NCBI GenBank assembly: GCA_016840085.1
Contig: JAEOTA010000075.1
Location: forward strand, 1 to 43,518
DNA length: 43,518 nucleotides
Reading direction: 5' to 3'
From: Promethearchaeota archaeon
GTDB taxonomy: Archaea > Asgardarchaeota > Lokiarchaeia > Sigyniarchaeales > SOKP01
The notes below the pieces were generated by a model. It did no database searches, was not told the origin of the DNA, and saw only the letters and a list, made by a program, of their open reading frames with translations. Position numbers and translations under genes: made by a program. This document shows, piece after piece, positions 30,371-40,766 of the stretch; position 1 is the stretch's first letter, and each line of letters starts with the position of its first letter.

Positions 30371-30595
30371 TTATATATTAAGTATTATATTTTGTATATA
30401 CATTTAAATTTATTCGTTTATAATCCAATTGACTTTATGATTATTGCAATTTATATAACGGTTGTTTCTCCTACGTTTCCATTTATTATCCCTATTTTAT
30501 AGAAAATTTTTTAAAAATTTTCCAGAAATCAATTTTTTAAAAACAAATTCTTCAAAGCTAATTAAAAAAAGAAAGAAAAAATTAATTTGATAGGA

Positions 30596-31723
30596 CTAAT
30601 TTTTACGAGGGGGAAGCATTCTGACCATTCTCGGACCCTCAATAAGGGAGATTGCATTTTCAGGGCAATGATAAGCACATATGCCACAACCAACACAGTA
30701 TTCCTCTATTCGTTCCGCTTTATTGTCATCATTTAATTCAATAGCATGATTATAACAATTCTCAACACAGGTACCACATCCTATGCATAAATCTGGATTA
30801 ATACTGGCTAAGTAATTTGTTTCATTAACTACAGGAAAAATTAAACAATTTCTTGCAGTCATGCAACAGCAGCTACAACAATTACAAATCGCGACTTCCT
30901 CGCTCGATGAATCTCCGTATTTATGATAGGCTTTATGAACTAATCCAGCATCTTCACACTTTTTTAGAATTTCTAATGCCTCTTCCTTAGATACTAATTT
31001 TGAAAAACCATGGTTAGATGTATGTCTAGCAGACTTACCTAACGTCATACAAGTTGGTGTAAGTTCTATCTGCTTACAAGGGTTTCCTAATAATTCTTGA
31101 TGTTGTCTACAATAACAATATCCCACCCCAATATCATCATACTTTTCAATAAGTTCTCTAATCCGTTGAGTTGGTAAAATTTTTTCAGTGGGAACTTCTA
31201 ATTCTTTATTAACTATTATATTAGTTTCTTCTCCAGTTTCTAGATTTTCTAATATAGGGACTGTACGATCGATTGGTGGCATACGCTTCAAGGCAGCACT
31301 CATTCCATCATATTGAGATTGCACCAGCTCACTTTGCTCTTGATTCAATTTTTGGAATAACCGTGCTATCTTATAATTTTCCTCCGTTTTTTCAAGCTTT
31401 TGCATAAAAATATATTCAAATTGCCTATGTAAAGGAAATATTTGATATACCATAACCCCACGACGATTAGGTTGATTGATTAGTACACCTGTTTTTGCTA
31501 AAGCATCTGCTTTTTCTAGAATTTCTTCTTCAGATAATCCACTGCTCTCCTTTAATTGCTCCATTGTTTGGGAGGTTTGATTTTCAAAAGCCATTATGAA
31601 ATCTAAATTTTCATCTTTGATAGTTATTTTTAGAATTTCATGTATAGTTTCTGAAAATGGGAATTGAAATCCTCCTGCTTTAAATAAGATTTTAAGAGCT
31701 TTTTTATAATCAGCTTCACTCAT
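30596..31723 (-). CDS. wHTH + Cys-rich Fe-S domain + 2x[4Fe-4S] ferredoxin protein (paralog 2)
   Basis: SQTMEQLKESSGLSEEEI, CYCR, ICNCCSCCC, CIGCGTCVENC and CVGCGICAYHCP. Collinear with 10194..11327. Confidence 0.85.
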   Translation of the reverse strand: MSEADYKKALKILFKAGGFQFPFSETIHEILKITIKDENLDFIMAFENQTSQTMEQLKESSGLSEEEILEKADALAKTGVLINQPNRRGVMVYQIFPLHRQFEYIFMQKLEKTEENYKIARLFQKLNQEQSELVQSQYDGMSAALKRMPPIDRTVPILENLETGEETNIIVNKELEVPTEKILPTQRIRELIEKYDDIGVGYCYCRQHQELLGNPCKQIELTPTCMTLGKSARHTSNHGFSKLVSKEEALEILKKCEDAGLVHKAYHKYGDSSSEEVAICNCCSCCCMTARNCLIFPVVNETNYLASINPDLCIGCGTCVENCYNHAIELNDDNKAERIEEYCVGCGICAYHCPENAISLIEGPRMVRMLPPRKN

Positions 31724-31955
31724 TTTTTATCAACAAATAATATTTTTTATTAGGTCAATATTTATTCAATATTTTATTAAAATTGGTATGATAATAAAGT
31801 TTTATTTTTTATCTTGATAACTCTACTACTGTTTCTTTAATTTTAAGTAAAAGGTAAAAGAATTAAATAGTACAATAATCACTTTTAATTAAAATAAATT
31901 AAAAATTAACAAATTACATAATTTTAACAGATTTTATTTAAAGGTGTCATAGTTA

Positions 31956-32738
31956 ATGAGTCCAGAATATGAAACAATTTTGTATGAAAAAAAGGATAAA
32001 GTAGCGGTTATAACTCTTAATCGTCCCGAAAGAATGAATGCTATCAATGTACAGATGAATGCAGACTTAAAAAATTCATTAAAAGTAGCTAAAGAAGATT
32101 CTGATGTGAGAGCAATAGTTATCACAGGAGCGGGGAAAGCATTTTGTGCAGGGGCAGATGTACAGGAGTTTGCAAGTGGGAAATTTAGGGAAAAAGTCGC
32201 AGGAGGCAGTGTGACTATACATCCCTATGATTTCTTTAGATTATATAAGCCAATTATTGCGGCTGTGAATGGTGTAGCTGTAGGGTTTGGTACTAATTTA
32301 ACATTAAGTTGCGACATTATTTATGCTTCAGAGAAGGCTAGCTTTGGAGAATTCTTCATTCGCATGGGATTAATTCCTGATATGAACGGAAGTTTTTTAC
32401 TACCTAAATTTATTGGAGTTCATAAAGCAAAAGAGCTAATATTCAGTGGTAAACGTATATTTGCTGAAGAGGCTTTAAAGATAGGATTAGTTAATGCTGT
32501 TTTTCCTCATGATGAATTATTACCCAAAACAATGGAATTTGCAAATCATTTAGCAGCACAAGCACCACTGGCAATAGCTCTTTCGAAAGAAGCGATTCAT
32601 CGAGGTTACGATAAAAAATTTGATGAAATGCTCAAGGTTGAAGGTGAATTTAATGCTAAATGTTATGCTTCTGAGGATCATCGCGAAGCAGCCACTGCAT
32701 TTGTTGAAAAACGTAAACCAGTATTTAAGGGAAAATAA
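31956..32738 (+). CDS. Enoyl-CoA hydratase/isomerase (PaaG-like isomerase subgroup)
   Basis: TLNRPERMNA, AFCAGAD, NGVAVGFG, FIRMGLIPD and AFVEKRKPVFKGK. Confidence 0.93.
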   Translation: MSPEYETILYEKKDKVAVITLNRPERMNAINVQMNADLKNSLKVAKEDSDVRAIVITGAGKAFCAGADVQEFASGKFREKVAGGSVTIHPYDFFRLYKPIIAAVNGVAVGFGTNLTLSCDIIYASEKASFGEFFIRMGLIPDMNGSFLLPKFIGVHKAKELIFSGKRIFAEEALKIGLVNAVFPHDELLPKTMEFANHLAAQAPLAIALSKEAIHRGYDKKFDEMLKVEGEFNAKCYASEDHREAATAFVEKRKPVFKGK

Positions 32739-32877
32739 AATTTCTTAATTTATATTCTAATTTCTTTTTTTTAAGATTTAAATTGAGCTTATTTTTGATC
32801 ATATGAAAATATTTATTTAATCATTAAATTTCAACATTATAATTTTTATATTTTAAACTAAAAAGAGAAAATGAAAT

Positions 32878-34212
32878 ATGAAGGAAAAAAGAGAAGTATA
32901 TTTAGTAGACCATGTTAGGACACCATTTTCTCAAGCAAATCCTCTGAATCCTGATGATGATGTTTTTAGTAAGAAATGGGGATTAGAATTTGCCACTCAT
33001 GTTTTGATTGACATGTTTGACAATCGATTACCGAACAAAGGAAGCACACTCAAACGTGAGAATGTAAGCGAGGTTTTAGTTGGAATTTCCTTACCACAAC
33101 ATGAAAACGGAACATTTGGGGGAAGAATTCCTATATTTATGGCAAATTTTCCCTTTAGTGTGCCTGCCACTGCATTTGACAAACAGGATGGTTCTGGTAT
33201 GGCAGCTTTACATGTTGGTTTTGGAAACATTTCAATGGGTTATTCTGACGTGGTGGTATCCTTGGGTTTAGATCAATCTACCCGAGTACCAGTACATAGT
33301 TACAATGGAAAAGTAACCGTATATGGAATGCCTCCAGATAAACTTATGCTTGATCCAAATAACAAATGGTATAATGATGATTTATATGATTGGAAAACGA
33401 GTCGGTTATTGTTTCAAGCGGCTCAAAAACTTGCAGAAGAAGAGGCAGAACTTTTTACAAAGGATGAAATGGACAAATTAGCGGCACGTAGTCATAATTT
33501 AGCAGAGAAAGCTTTGGAAAATGGATATTTCAAAGAAGAAATTATATCTATTAAAGGTCATAAAGAAGGTGAACCTGATAACCAAATTGAGATTGAAGAA
33601 GATCAATCTATTAAAAAGGCCGTTACTGTAGAAAATATTGCAAATATGCCTTCCATAAGCACCCCAGGATGGGCAGGTGGTTATAAAAATCCAGTATTTT
33701 CTAAAGAAGCATATATTGCAAAATTTGCAACAGAGGAAGGTATTATTACAACAGGAAATAGTGCTCCAATGAATGACGGGGCTTCAGTTTGTTTATTAAT
33801 GTCTAAAATTGCACTTGAACAATATAATTTAAAACCTATGGCAAAAATCATTTCAATTGGTTTTGCAGGGGTTGACCCAACTGTACGGGGACGTGGTGTG
33901 GTACCGGCATCCCAAATGGCTTTAAAACATGCGGATTTAAAAGTGGAAGATATTGATTTTTGGGAAATTAATGAATCCTTTAGTATCGTAGCACTGAATG
34001 CTGTTAATAAATTAGGAATTGATTGGGAAAATAAAATGAATATTCATGGAGGAGCAATGGCAATAGGGAATCCGTCATCAGCAACGGGTCCGAGAATCTC
34101 AGCAACATTAGCTAGAATTCTTAAAGAGAAAAATGCAAAATACGGGCTTGCTGCTATGTCATGTGGTGGGGGTCAAGGAACAGCTGTAGTAATTGAGATT
34201 ATAGATATGTAA
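32878..34212 (+). CDS. Thiolase-fold protein lacking all three catalytic residues (pseudo-thiolase)
   Basis: Collinear with both neighbouring thiolases but has DKQDGSG, NESF, GNPSS and MSCGGGQG. Confidence 0.88.
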   Translation: MKEKREVYLVDHVRTPFSQANPLNPDDDVFSKKWGLEFATHVLIDMFDNRLPNKGSTLKRENVSEVLVGISLPQHENGTFGGRIPIFMANFPFSVPATAFDKQDGSGMAALHVGFGNISMGYSDVVVSLGLDQSTRVPVHSYNGKVTVYGMPPDKLMLDPNNKWYNDDLYDWKTSRLLFQAAQKLAEEEAELFTKDEMDKLAARSHNLAEKALENGYFKEEIISIKGHKEGEPDNQIEIEEDQSIKKAVTVENIANMPSISTPGWAGGYKNPVFSKEAYIAKFATEEGIITTGNSAPMNDGASVCLLMSKIALEQYNLKPMAKIISIGFAGVDPTVRGRGVVPASQMALKHADLKVEDIDFWEINESFSIVALNAVNKLGIDWENKMNIHGGAMAIGNPSSATGPRISATLARILKEKNAKYGLAAMSCGGGQGTAVVIEIIDM

Positions 34213-34253
34213 GTATAATATGAGATAAAAAAATAAAAAGAGGTTTAAAAAAT

Positions 34254-35558
34254 ATGAAAATAAGAGATGTATATATTACAGATTATGTTAGAACTCCTTT
34301 TTCAAGATCTCGACCAAGAGAACCACCAAGAGATGCGTTTGGAAACTTACGTCCTGATGAATTGACTGCTCTAACATTAATAGATATGTTTGATAACCGT
34401 CTAAAAGATAAAGTAAAACCTGAAGATGTAGATGAGTTTTATGTAGGAGCCACTCATTTTAATTATGAAAACATAGCCTTTGGAGGAAGATATTCCCTGT
34501 TTTTAGCGAAATTTCCAGCGAAAATATCGTCTACCGCATTAGATAGGCAATGTGGTTCAGGAATGACCTGCGCTTCCATAGGATATAATAATATTGCAAT
34601 GGGGTATTCTGATGTTGTTATAGCGACTGGGAAAAATAATGCTACTATGTCACGATCAAAACGTCCAACGGTAAGAGAAACCCCTCCATCCATGAGGAAA
34701 GGTCATGAATTTTTTGTTGATGATGTCGTTGATTTCCGTTGCTCGTACTCAATGCTACAAACAGCTCAAAAACTCTCAGAAATGAATGCTGGTATTTTCA
34801 CTAAAGAAGACTATGATAGATTTTCGGTTCGCAGTCATCAGTTAGCTGCTAAAGGTCAAGATGAAGGTTTTTTCAAGGGAGAAATTGTCCCTGTAATGGC
34901 TCATACAGAGGGTGATGAGGATACACCGATGATAATAGACCATGATCTTTCTGTCAGGAAAAATGCCACCTATGAAGGAACAAAGGATTTAAGAGCTCTA
35001 AGTAAACCAGGTTGGGATGGTGGATACTATAGACCACTCCTGAGCAAAGATGAATATGTTAAAGCGTTTGGGACAGAACTGGGACTAGTAACTGCGGGAA
35101 ATTCATGCCCAATTAATGCAGGAGCTGCTACCTTGTTATTAATGTCAGAAGATGCAATGAAAAAACATGATCTTGATCCATTAGCTCGTATTGTTTCGAA
35201 TGGATATGGTGCGGTGGATCCCACAGTTATGGGAAGGGGTCCCGTTCCTGCAACATGGATGGCATTAAAGCATGCTGGTTTAACTATAGATGATATCGAA
35301 TTTTGTGAAATTAATGAGGCGTTTGGTAGTGTAGGTCTTAATTGGATTCATGAAGTAGGGTTAGAGGATAGAATTGATGACATTAATATTAAAGGTGGTG
35401 CCATTTCAATTGGGCACCCAATAGCAGCAACAGGCCCCAGAATAGTTGGTACATTGGCAAGAATTTTAAAAGAGAAAAACGCGAAGCTTGGTCTCGCTAC
35501 AATGTGTTGTGGAGGAGGTCAAGGAACAGCAATGATAATTGAGAATACAGATGCTTAA
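34254..35558 (+). CDS. Acetyl-CoA C-acyltransferase (thiolase), catalytic residues intact
   Basis: DRQCGSG, EINEAF, GHPIA and MCCGGGQG. Confidence 0.95.
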   Translation: MKIRDVYITDYVRTPFSRSRPREPPRDAFGNLRPDELTALTLIDMFDNRLKDKVKPEDVDEFYVGATHFNYENIAFGGRYSLFLAKFPAKISSTALDRQCGSGMTCASIGYNNIAMGYSDVVIATGKNNATMSRSKRPTVRETPPSMRKGHEFFVDDVVDFRCSYSMLQTAQKLSEMNAGIFTKEDYDRFSVRSHQLAAKGQDEGFFKGEIVPVMAHTEGDEDTPMIIDHDLSVRKNATYEGTKDLRALSKPGWDGGYYRPLLSKDEYVKAFGTELGLVTAGNSCPINAGAATLLLMSEDAMKKHDLDPLARIVSNGYGAVDPTVMGRGPVPATWMALKHAGLTIDDIEFCEINEAFGSVGLNWIHEVGLEDRIDDINIKGGAISIGHPIAATGPRIVGTLARILKEKNAKLGLATMCCGGGQGTAMIIENTDA

Positions 35559-35567
35559 TAAATCAAA

Positions 35568-35616
35568 TTTTTTTTATTATTTTTTTTTTGACAGGTTTTA
35601 AATTTAAAAGAAAAAA
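35568..35616. terminator. Convergent archaeal oligo-T terminators
   Basis: T-tract at 35568-35589 after the thiolase stop (+). A-tract near 35606-35616 serves the convergent minus-strand ferredoxin gene. Confidence 0.55.
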
Positions 35617-35621
35617 GAGAG

Positions 35622-36206
35622 TTATAATCTTCTTTTAGGTTTAGGATAAATGTAATAAATAGATGGATTTGTTCCTTCCTCTGGTTTTAATTGAAAAAGA
35701 TCATCTCTAGATAGTATTTTTGATATTTTACTATCAGGATCGTTTAAATCTCCAAAATGTAATGCTTGTCCTTCGCAACAAAGAACACAGAAGGGATCAA
35801 GACCTTCATCTATTCTATGAGCACAGAGATTACATTTTTCTGCTAGATTACTAGTTTCATCGAATACAATGACATCATACGGACACGCATCTAAACATGC
35901 TTGGCATCCAGTACACGATTCTTGATCTAAAATCACAATTCCATCATCCCGTTTTTGTAAAGCGTCAACTGGACAAGATTCGATGCAAGGTGGATTTTCA
36001 CAATGGTTACATAATCTAGGGAGAAAATTCAGAGTTAAATCTGGAAATTTCCCAGCTGGAGTATCTTTAATACTTGTTCCTTGAGTCTCAACTTTTATCC
36101 AGAAATTAGATGAATTGTTTTCTATTCTGCATGCTACACTACATGCTTCACATCCGATACATCTTTCTTGATCAATAACCATACCAAACCGTTTACTCTT
36201 ACTCAT
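35622..36206 (-). CDS. DmsB/NrfC-type 4x[4Fe-4S] subunit
   Basis: CIGCEACSVAC, CNHCENPPCIESCP, CTGCQACLDACPY, KCNLC and PFCVLCC. ATGA overlap with the upstream Mo-enzyme gene. Confidence 0.92.
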   Translation of the reverse strand: MSKSKRFGMVIDQERCIGCEACSVACRIENNSSNFWIKVETQGTSIKDTPAGKFPDLTLNFLPRLCNHCENPPCIESCPVDALQKRDDGIVILDQESCTGCQACLDACPYDVIVFDETSNLAEKCNLCAHRIDEGLDPFCVLCCEGQALHFGDLNDPDSKISKILSRDDLFQLKPEEGTNPSIYYIYPKPKRRL

Positions 36207-38452
36207 TTTTTCTCAGCCTCCACAGCTACATCATTCATATGCATGTTAGGTTCATAGATTTTATCCTGAACTGGATTAATGATATCATGTGTAAGATGGT
36301 TTAAGCTTCCTTCTTTAAACTGCTCTATCCACCAACCTTCAGTAATGTCAAGTACTCCCGGTTGAACACCTTGAGAGATTCTAGCTTTTAGTGTTGTTCG
36401 AGCTCTGTCATTAAAAACCGTTACTATATCATTATTTGAAATATTTCGTTTTTCAGCATCAATTGGATTTATATCGACTATAGGTTCAGGGTTTAAATCT
36501 AATAAAGATTGCACGTTAGCAAACATAGAGTGTGTGTGGAAACGAGTATGACCATTCACTAGTGTTAAAGGATATTTTTTTTCTCCAGAACCAATAGGGG
36601 CTTCTATTGGTGGTAAATAAACGGGAAGGGCTTCTCCATCTTCAACCAATTGCTCCGCATATAGTTCAATTTTTCCAGAAGGTGTTCCGAAATTTAATGG
36701 GAAGTTTGTTCCTTCTGGAAGTGCTGGTAATCTCATTGCTTGGGTTTTTAAAGTTTCTCGAGTTATTCCTTTAAAGGAGCGAGTTACCATAATAAGGTCT
36801 ATTAATCCTTCTTCACCCCCCTTAAAGTAATCTCCAAACCCAAGGCGTTCAGCAAGTTCAGCAACAATAGTAGCATCTGATTTTGATTCAAATAACGGTT
36901 CAATAACTTTTTGTTGGAGTTGCACGTTCGGATATGGTTGAGCTAAGAAATCTGAGAATTCTAAAAAACTGCAAACTGGCAGAATTAAATCAGCATATTG
37001 TGCAGATGGAGTCATGAACAATTCAGTTTGCACTATAAACTCTAAACTTGGGTAAAATTTTTCAATAATTTTATTGGAATTTGCACATTGGTTCAAAAAG
37101 TTAATAAAAGCAAACCAAAGAGCTTTTATAGGATACGGTTTTCCAGAAATCACAGCCTCATACAGATTAAGTATTCCCATTCTATGAAAACTGGGTTTAT
37201 CGGGAATTGCTTTTAAGAAAGGATTCCAGTTTAGAATAGCAGGAATATAACCTGAAATCACTGAGGTAGTTACATTACCAGTTACTGCTGCTACAGATAT
37301 CATTCCCCGTAAAGAAATATCTCCATGATAGGTTCGAGTAAAACCCATATGCGTCAAAAATATAACTTTTTTGGAATTACCAATTCTTTTTGCTAATTTA
37401 CTAACGAGTTCTTTTTCTATTCCGGTAATTTCTTCAGTTTTTTCTAAAGTATACTTTGAAGCTAAATCCATTAATAACTGAATAACCGGTTTACATTCAA
37501 TACCATTTATCATATAAGTTCCAGTAAGGCTTGCTTCTTTTAGATTTATGCGGGATTGTGCTTTATGAAAATTAGAAGGTTTATGCCATATGATATATGA
37601 CTCTAGTTTTCTTGCTTCTACATCCCTGCCCCGAAGTAGTTATCCGGTATCAGTTCTTACCAGATAGGCTCCGTTAGTATGTTTTAATATGAATTCTTTA
37701 TCATGTAGATTATCTTGGAATATTACATTCATTATACCTAAAGCCAAAGCACTATCGGTACCTGGTTTTAATCCAATATATTCATCCGCTTTCGATGCTG
37801 TAACTGTGAAACGAGGGTCTACAACTATTATTTGAGTTCCATATTCTTTAGCATCTAGAACTTTTCTCATATTTTGTAAAGGCATAGATTCCGCTGGGTT
37901 TGTACCCCATATCATTAGTAATTCTGGATACTTCCTTTGCCAGAATTCTCCAAACAGAAACATATAAGGAAATTGGTGACCAAATATTACTCTACTTCCA
38001 CATGGTAACCCCGCATCTCCATAACCCCAGGCACTCACACGAGTGCTTTGTGTTAAACTTGCTAATCTAAGATATGCACCAAATTTTGTAGTTCCCACGC
38101 CAGGTCCACCCAAAACCCATCCTATCGATTTCCATCCATATTTTTCAGAAATTTCTTTAAATTTCGAAATGATTATTTCATAAGCTTCTTCCCATGATAT
38201 TCGCTCAAATTTCCCTTCACCCCTTTCTCCAACTCTTTTCATAGGATATTTAATACGATCCGGGTGATATGTAATATCTAAACTAGCTAATCCACGTAAG
38301 CAAATCCTTCGATCTTTCTCGTCAGGGAAGTCCGCAGGTTCCAATTTTACAATACGATCTCCTTTTACATGAGCTAAAATTCCACAGCAATCTATACCGC
38401 AATGCGCTGGACATGCAGTTCTTACTAACTTAACTTGTTCCCTTTCAGTCAT
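36203..38452 (-). pseudogene. DMSO reductase family molybdopterin oxidoreductase (predicted Asp ligand), interrupted by one in-frame TAA at 37640-37642
   Basis: ORFs 37640..38452 and 36203..37513 are in the same frame. The bridge reads YLVRTDTG*LLRGRDVEARKLESYIIW...TGTYMING, giving 749 codons in total. Motifs: CPAHCGIDCC...ICLRG, GYGD, PGTD, SAQYADLILP and FNDRA. Confidence 0.85.
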
Positions 38453-38599
38453 CTCTTATCAATATTTCCATAAAATTTCAATAGGTGGTTTTAAATATTA
38501 GGTATGATAATGAAAAAATTGTAATAATTATTATTAGAAATAACATATAAAATTATCAATTGATAAATTTAATGAGATAAGATAAAGGTAAAAATTACT

Positions 38600-40531
38600 A
38601 TGGTAGTAGAGGAAGTGAAATATTTATTCCAACCGATAACGATTGGGGATGTGGAAATAAGTAATAGGATAATGATGGCGCCAATGAATACGAGATTTGG
38701 CTATGATGGATATGTAACCGATCAATTAGTGGATTACTATGTAGAAAGGGCCAAAGGAGGTGCTGGTTTTATTTGTGTAGAGATGGGTATCATAGATTAC
38801 CCGATAGGAAGTACAGCAGGCAAAGGTATGATTGCGACTGATGACGATAAATATCTTCCAGGGCTGACACAGTTAGCTGATGCAATAGAAAAAGGAGGGT
38901 CAGTTCCGATGATTGAATTATCACATGGGGGGAGATATTGTCATTCAGGCCTTACTGGTATGCAACCTGTAGCGCCATCTCCTATTCCAGGTTATCGAGG
39001 GAGAGGGGAAATGCCAAGAGAATTAACTACTGAGGAGGTTGAAGAATTGGTTGAAAGATTTGGTGACTCTGCGAGAAGAAGTGCTGAAGCAGGATTTAAG
39101 GGTGTATTACTAATGGGGTCAACTGGATATTTAATAAGTCAATTCGGATCACCTCTTACAAACAAGCGTACTGATAGATTTGGAGGAGAAACTCCCGCAG
39201 AACGGGCAACTTTTATTGTTGAAATTATTAAAAATATTAGAAAAAAACTTGGAAACAAATTCCCTGTAATTTATAAAATTAGTGCTGAAGAGTACATAGA
39301 TGGGGGTACAGTTCTAGAGGATTCTCAAATTATGGCAAAACGGGCAGAGCAAGCAGGAGTTTCTGTGATACACACATGGGCAGGATGGCATGAATCACCA
39401 AAACCTATGTTACCTATGTCAGTTCCTAGGGGTGCATTTGTATATTTAGCAGAAGCGATGAGAAAGATAATAACTGTTCCTATTATGACAGGAGGAAGAA
39501 TCAACGATCCTCGATTGGCTAATGATATTATAAGAGACGGAAGAGCAGATTTGGTACATTTTGGCAGGCCATTTTTGACTGATCCATATTTCCCAAAAAA
39601 AGCTATGAAAGGTGAATTTGACGATATTAATATGTGTATAGCTTGTTGCCGTTGTTTTGATGCCATGGCTAGTCCAGGAACTATTGTGTGTTCTGTAAAC
39701 GCTGGATTGGGTAAGGAAGGTAAAAAATTAGAGAAAGCGGAAAATTTGAAAAAGATCCTCATTATTGGTGGGGGTCCAGCTGGGATGGAAGCCGCAAGGG
39801 TAGCAACATTAAGAGGTCACAAAGTGACTCTATGGGAGAAAAATGATCAGCTAGGAGGAAATTTAATAACGGCGTCCTTAGCCCCTCATAAGGAGGAGAC
39901 CAATTGTTTAACACATTACTTAACATATCAGATGAAGAAATTAAAAATTAATGTTCAGCTTAATAAAGAAGCAACGCTAGATTCTATTTTGAAGGAAAAC
40001 GCTGATGAGGTTATCGTAGCTACTGGTGCGACAGCAATAACTCCAGATATACCAGGTATTAACGCTAAAAATGTTGTTATGGCAGTTGATGTGTTAAAGG
40101 GAACGTCAAGCACAGGTGATAATATTGTAATAATAGGGGGAGGAATGATTGGTTGCGAGACAGCTGAGCTTCTAAGATCTCAAGGAAAGGATGTTTCTAT
40201 TATTGAAATGTTGCCAAAGATTGCACGAGATATTGGCCCTGCAACAAAATGGTCAGTAACAATGAGAATAGCTAGATGGGGAATTAAACAATTCACCTCA
40301 TCAAAAGTTATAGGCATAAGAGATGACGGTGTTGAAATTGAAAGAGAAGGAAAACCCGAAATTGTAAAAGCAGAAACAATTGTTATTGCAGCAGGTATGG
40401 AACCTAATATTAAATTACTTAATTTAGTGAAAGAAAAACTCCCAAACATGCATGTAATTGGAGATTCTTCACAAGCTAGAAGAATGTTAGAAGCGATTCA
40501 TGAAGGGTACTCCTTAGGTCAAAGACTCTAA
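38600..40531 (+). CDS. fadH: 2,4-dienoyl-CoA reductase (FadH)-like old-yellow-enzyme / Fe-S flavoprotein
   Basis: NRIMMAPM, ERAKGG, MGSTGYL, TNKRTDRFGG, GWHE, CIACCRC..CSVN, GGGPAG and GGGMIG. Confidence 0.85.
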   Translation: MVVEEVKYLFQPITIGDVEISNRIMMAPMNTRFGYDGYVTDQLVDYYVERAKGGAGFICVEMGIIDYPIGSTAGKGMIATDDDKYLPGLTQLADAIEKGGSVPMIELSHGGRYCHSGLTGMQPVAPSPIPGYRGRGEMPRELTTEEVEELVERFGDSARRSAEAGFKGVLLMGSTGYLISQFGSPLTNKRTDRFGGETPAERATFIVEIIKNIRKKLGNKFPVIYKISAEEYIDGGTVLEDSQIMAKRAEQAGVSVIHTWAGWHESPKPMLPMSVPRGAFVYLAEAMRKIITVPIMTGGRINDPRLANDIIRDGRADLVHFGRPFLTDPYFPKKAMKGEFDDINMCIACCRCFDAMASPGTIVCSVNAGLGKEGKKLEKAENLKKILIIGGGPAGMEAARVATLRGHKVTLWEKNDQLGGNLITASLAPHKEETNCLTHYLTYQMKKLKINVQLNKEATLDSILKENADEVIVATGATAITPDIPGINAKNVVMAVDVLKGTSSTGDNIVIIGGGMIGCETAELLRSQGKDVSIIEMLPKIARDIGPATKWSVTMRIARWGIKQFTSSKVIGIRDDGVEIEREGKPEIVKAETIVIAAGMEPNIKLLNLVKEKLPNMHVIGDSSQARRMLEAIHEGYSLGQRL

Positions 40532-40679
40532 ATATTTAAGCAAACATTCGAATTAAATCCCTATTATACACAACCATATTTTTGATATTTATATTTTTAG
40601 AAATTTTTTTGTATAATATTTAAATTAATTATGTTCTAACAACTCAAATATAATTTGTTGACAACTAGCTTTTTATGAA

Positions 40680-40696
40680 GAAAAAGATTATAAATA
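40680..40696 (+). promoter_or_regulatory. Candidate archaeal BRE-TATA element
   Basis: GAAAAAGA-TTATAAATA about 70 nt upstream of ATG 40767. Confidence 0.35.
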
Positions 40697-40766
40697 AAAA
40701 ATAATTACTAAATTAAATTACGGTAGTAAGGACTCAAATTTTAATAAAATTCATAGTGAAATTTTT

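Noticed and set aside
30224-30502. 92-aa hydrophobic ORF overlapping the RHH gene start
   Set aside because: Its F/I/Y-rich composition comes from AT-rich promoter DNA and the antisense strand of a Lys-rich region.
37640-37642. Selenocysteine or pyrrolysine read-through in the third molybdoenzyme
   Set aside because: The codon is TAA, not TGA or TAG, and it falls at a Lys-like position away from the Mo ligand. TAA is the commonest true stop in the window.
40637-40666. Imperfect inverted repeats (CAAAT-ATA-ATTTG, TTGTTGACAA) as an operator for the AbrB fusion
   Set aside because: Short and AT-rich, so expected by chance. No second copy was recognised elsewhere in the window.
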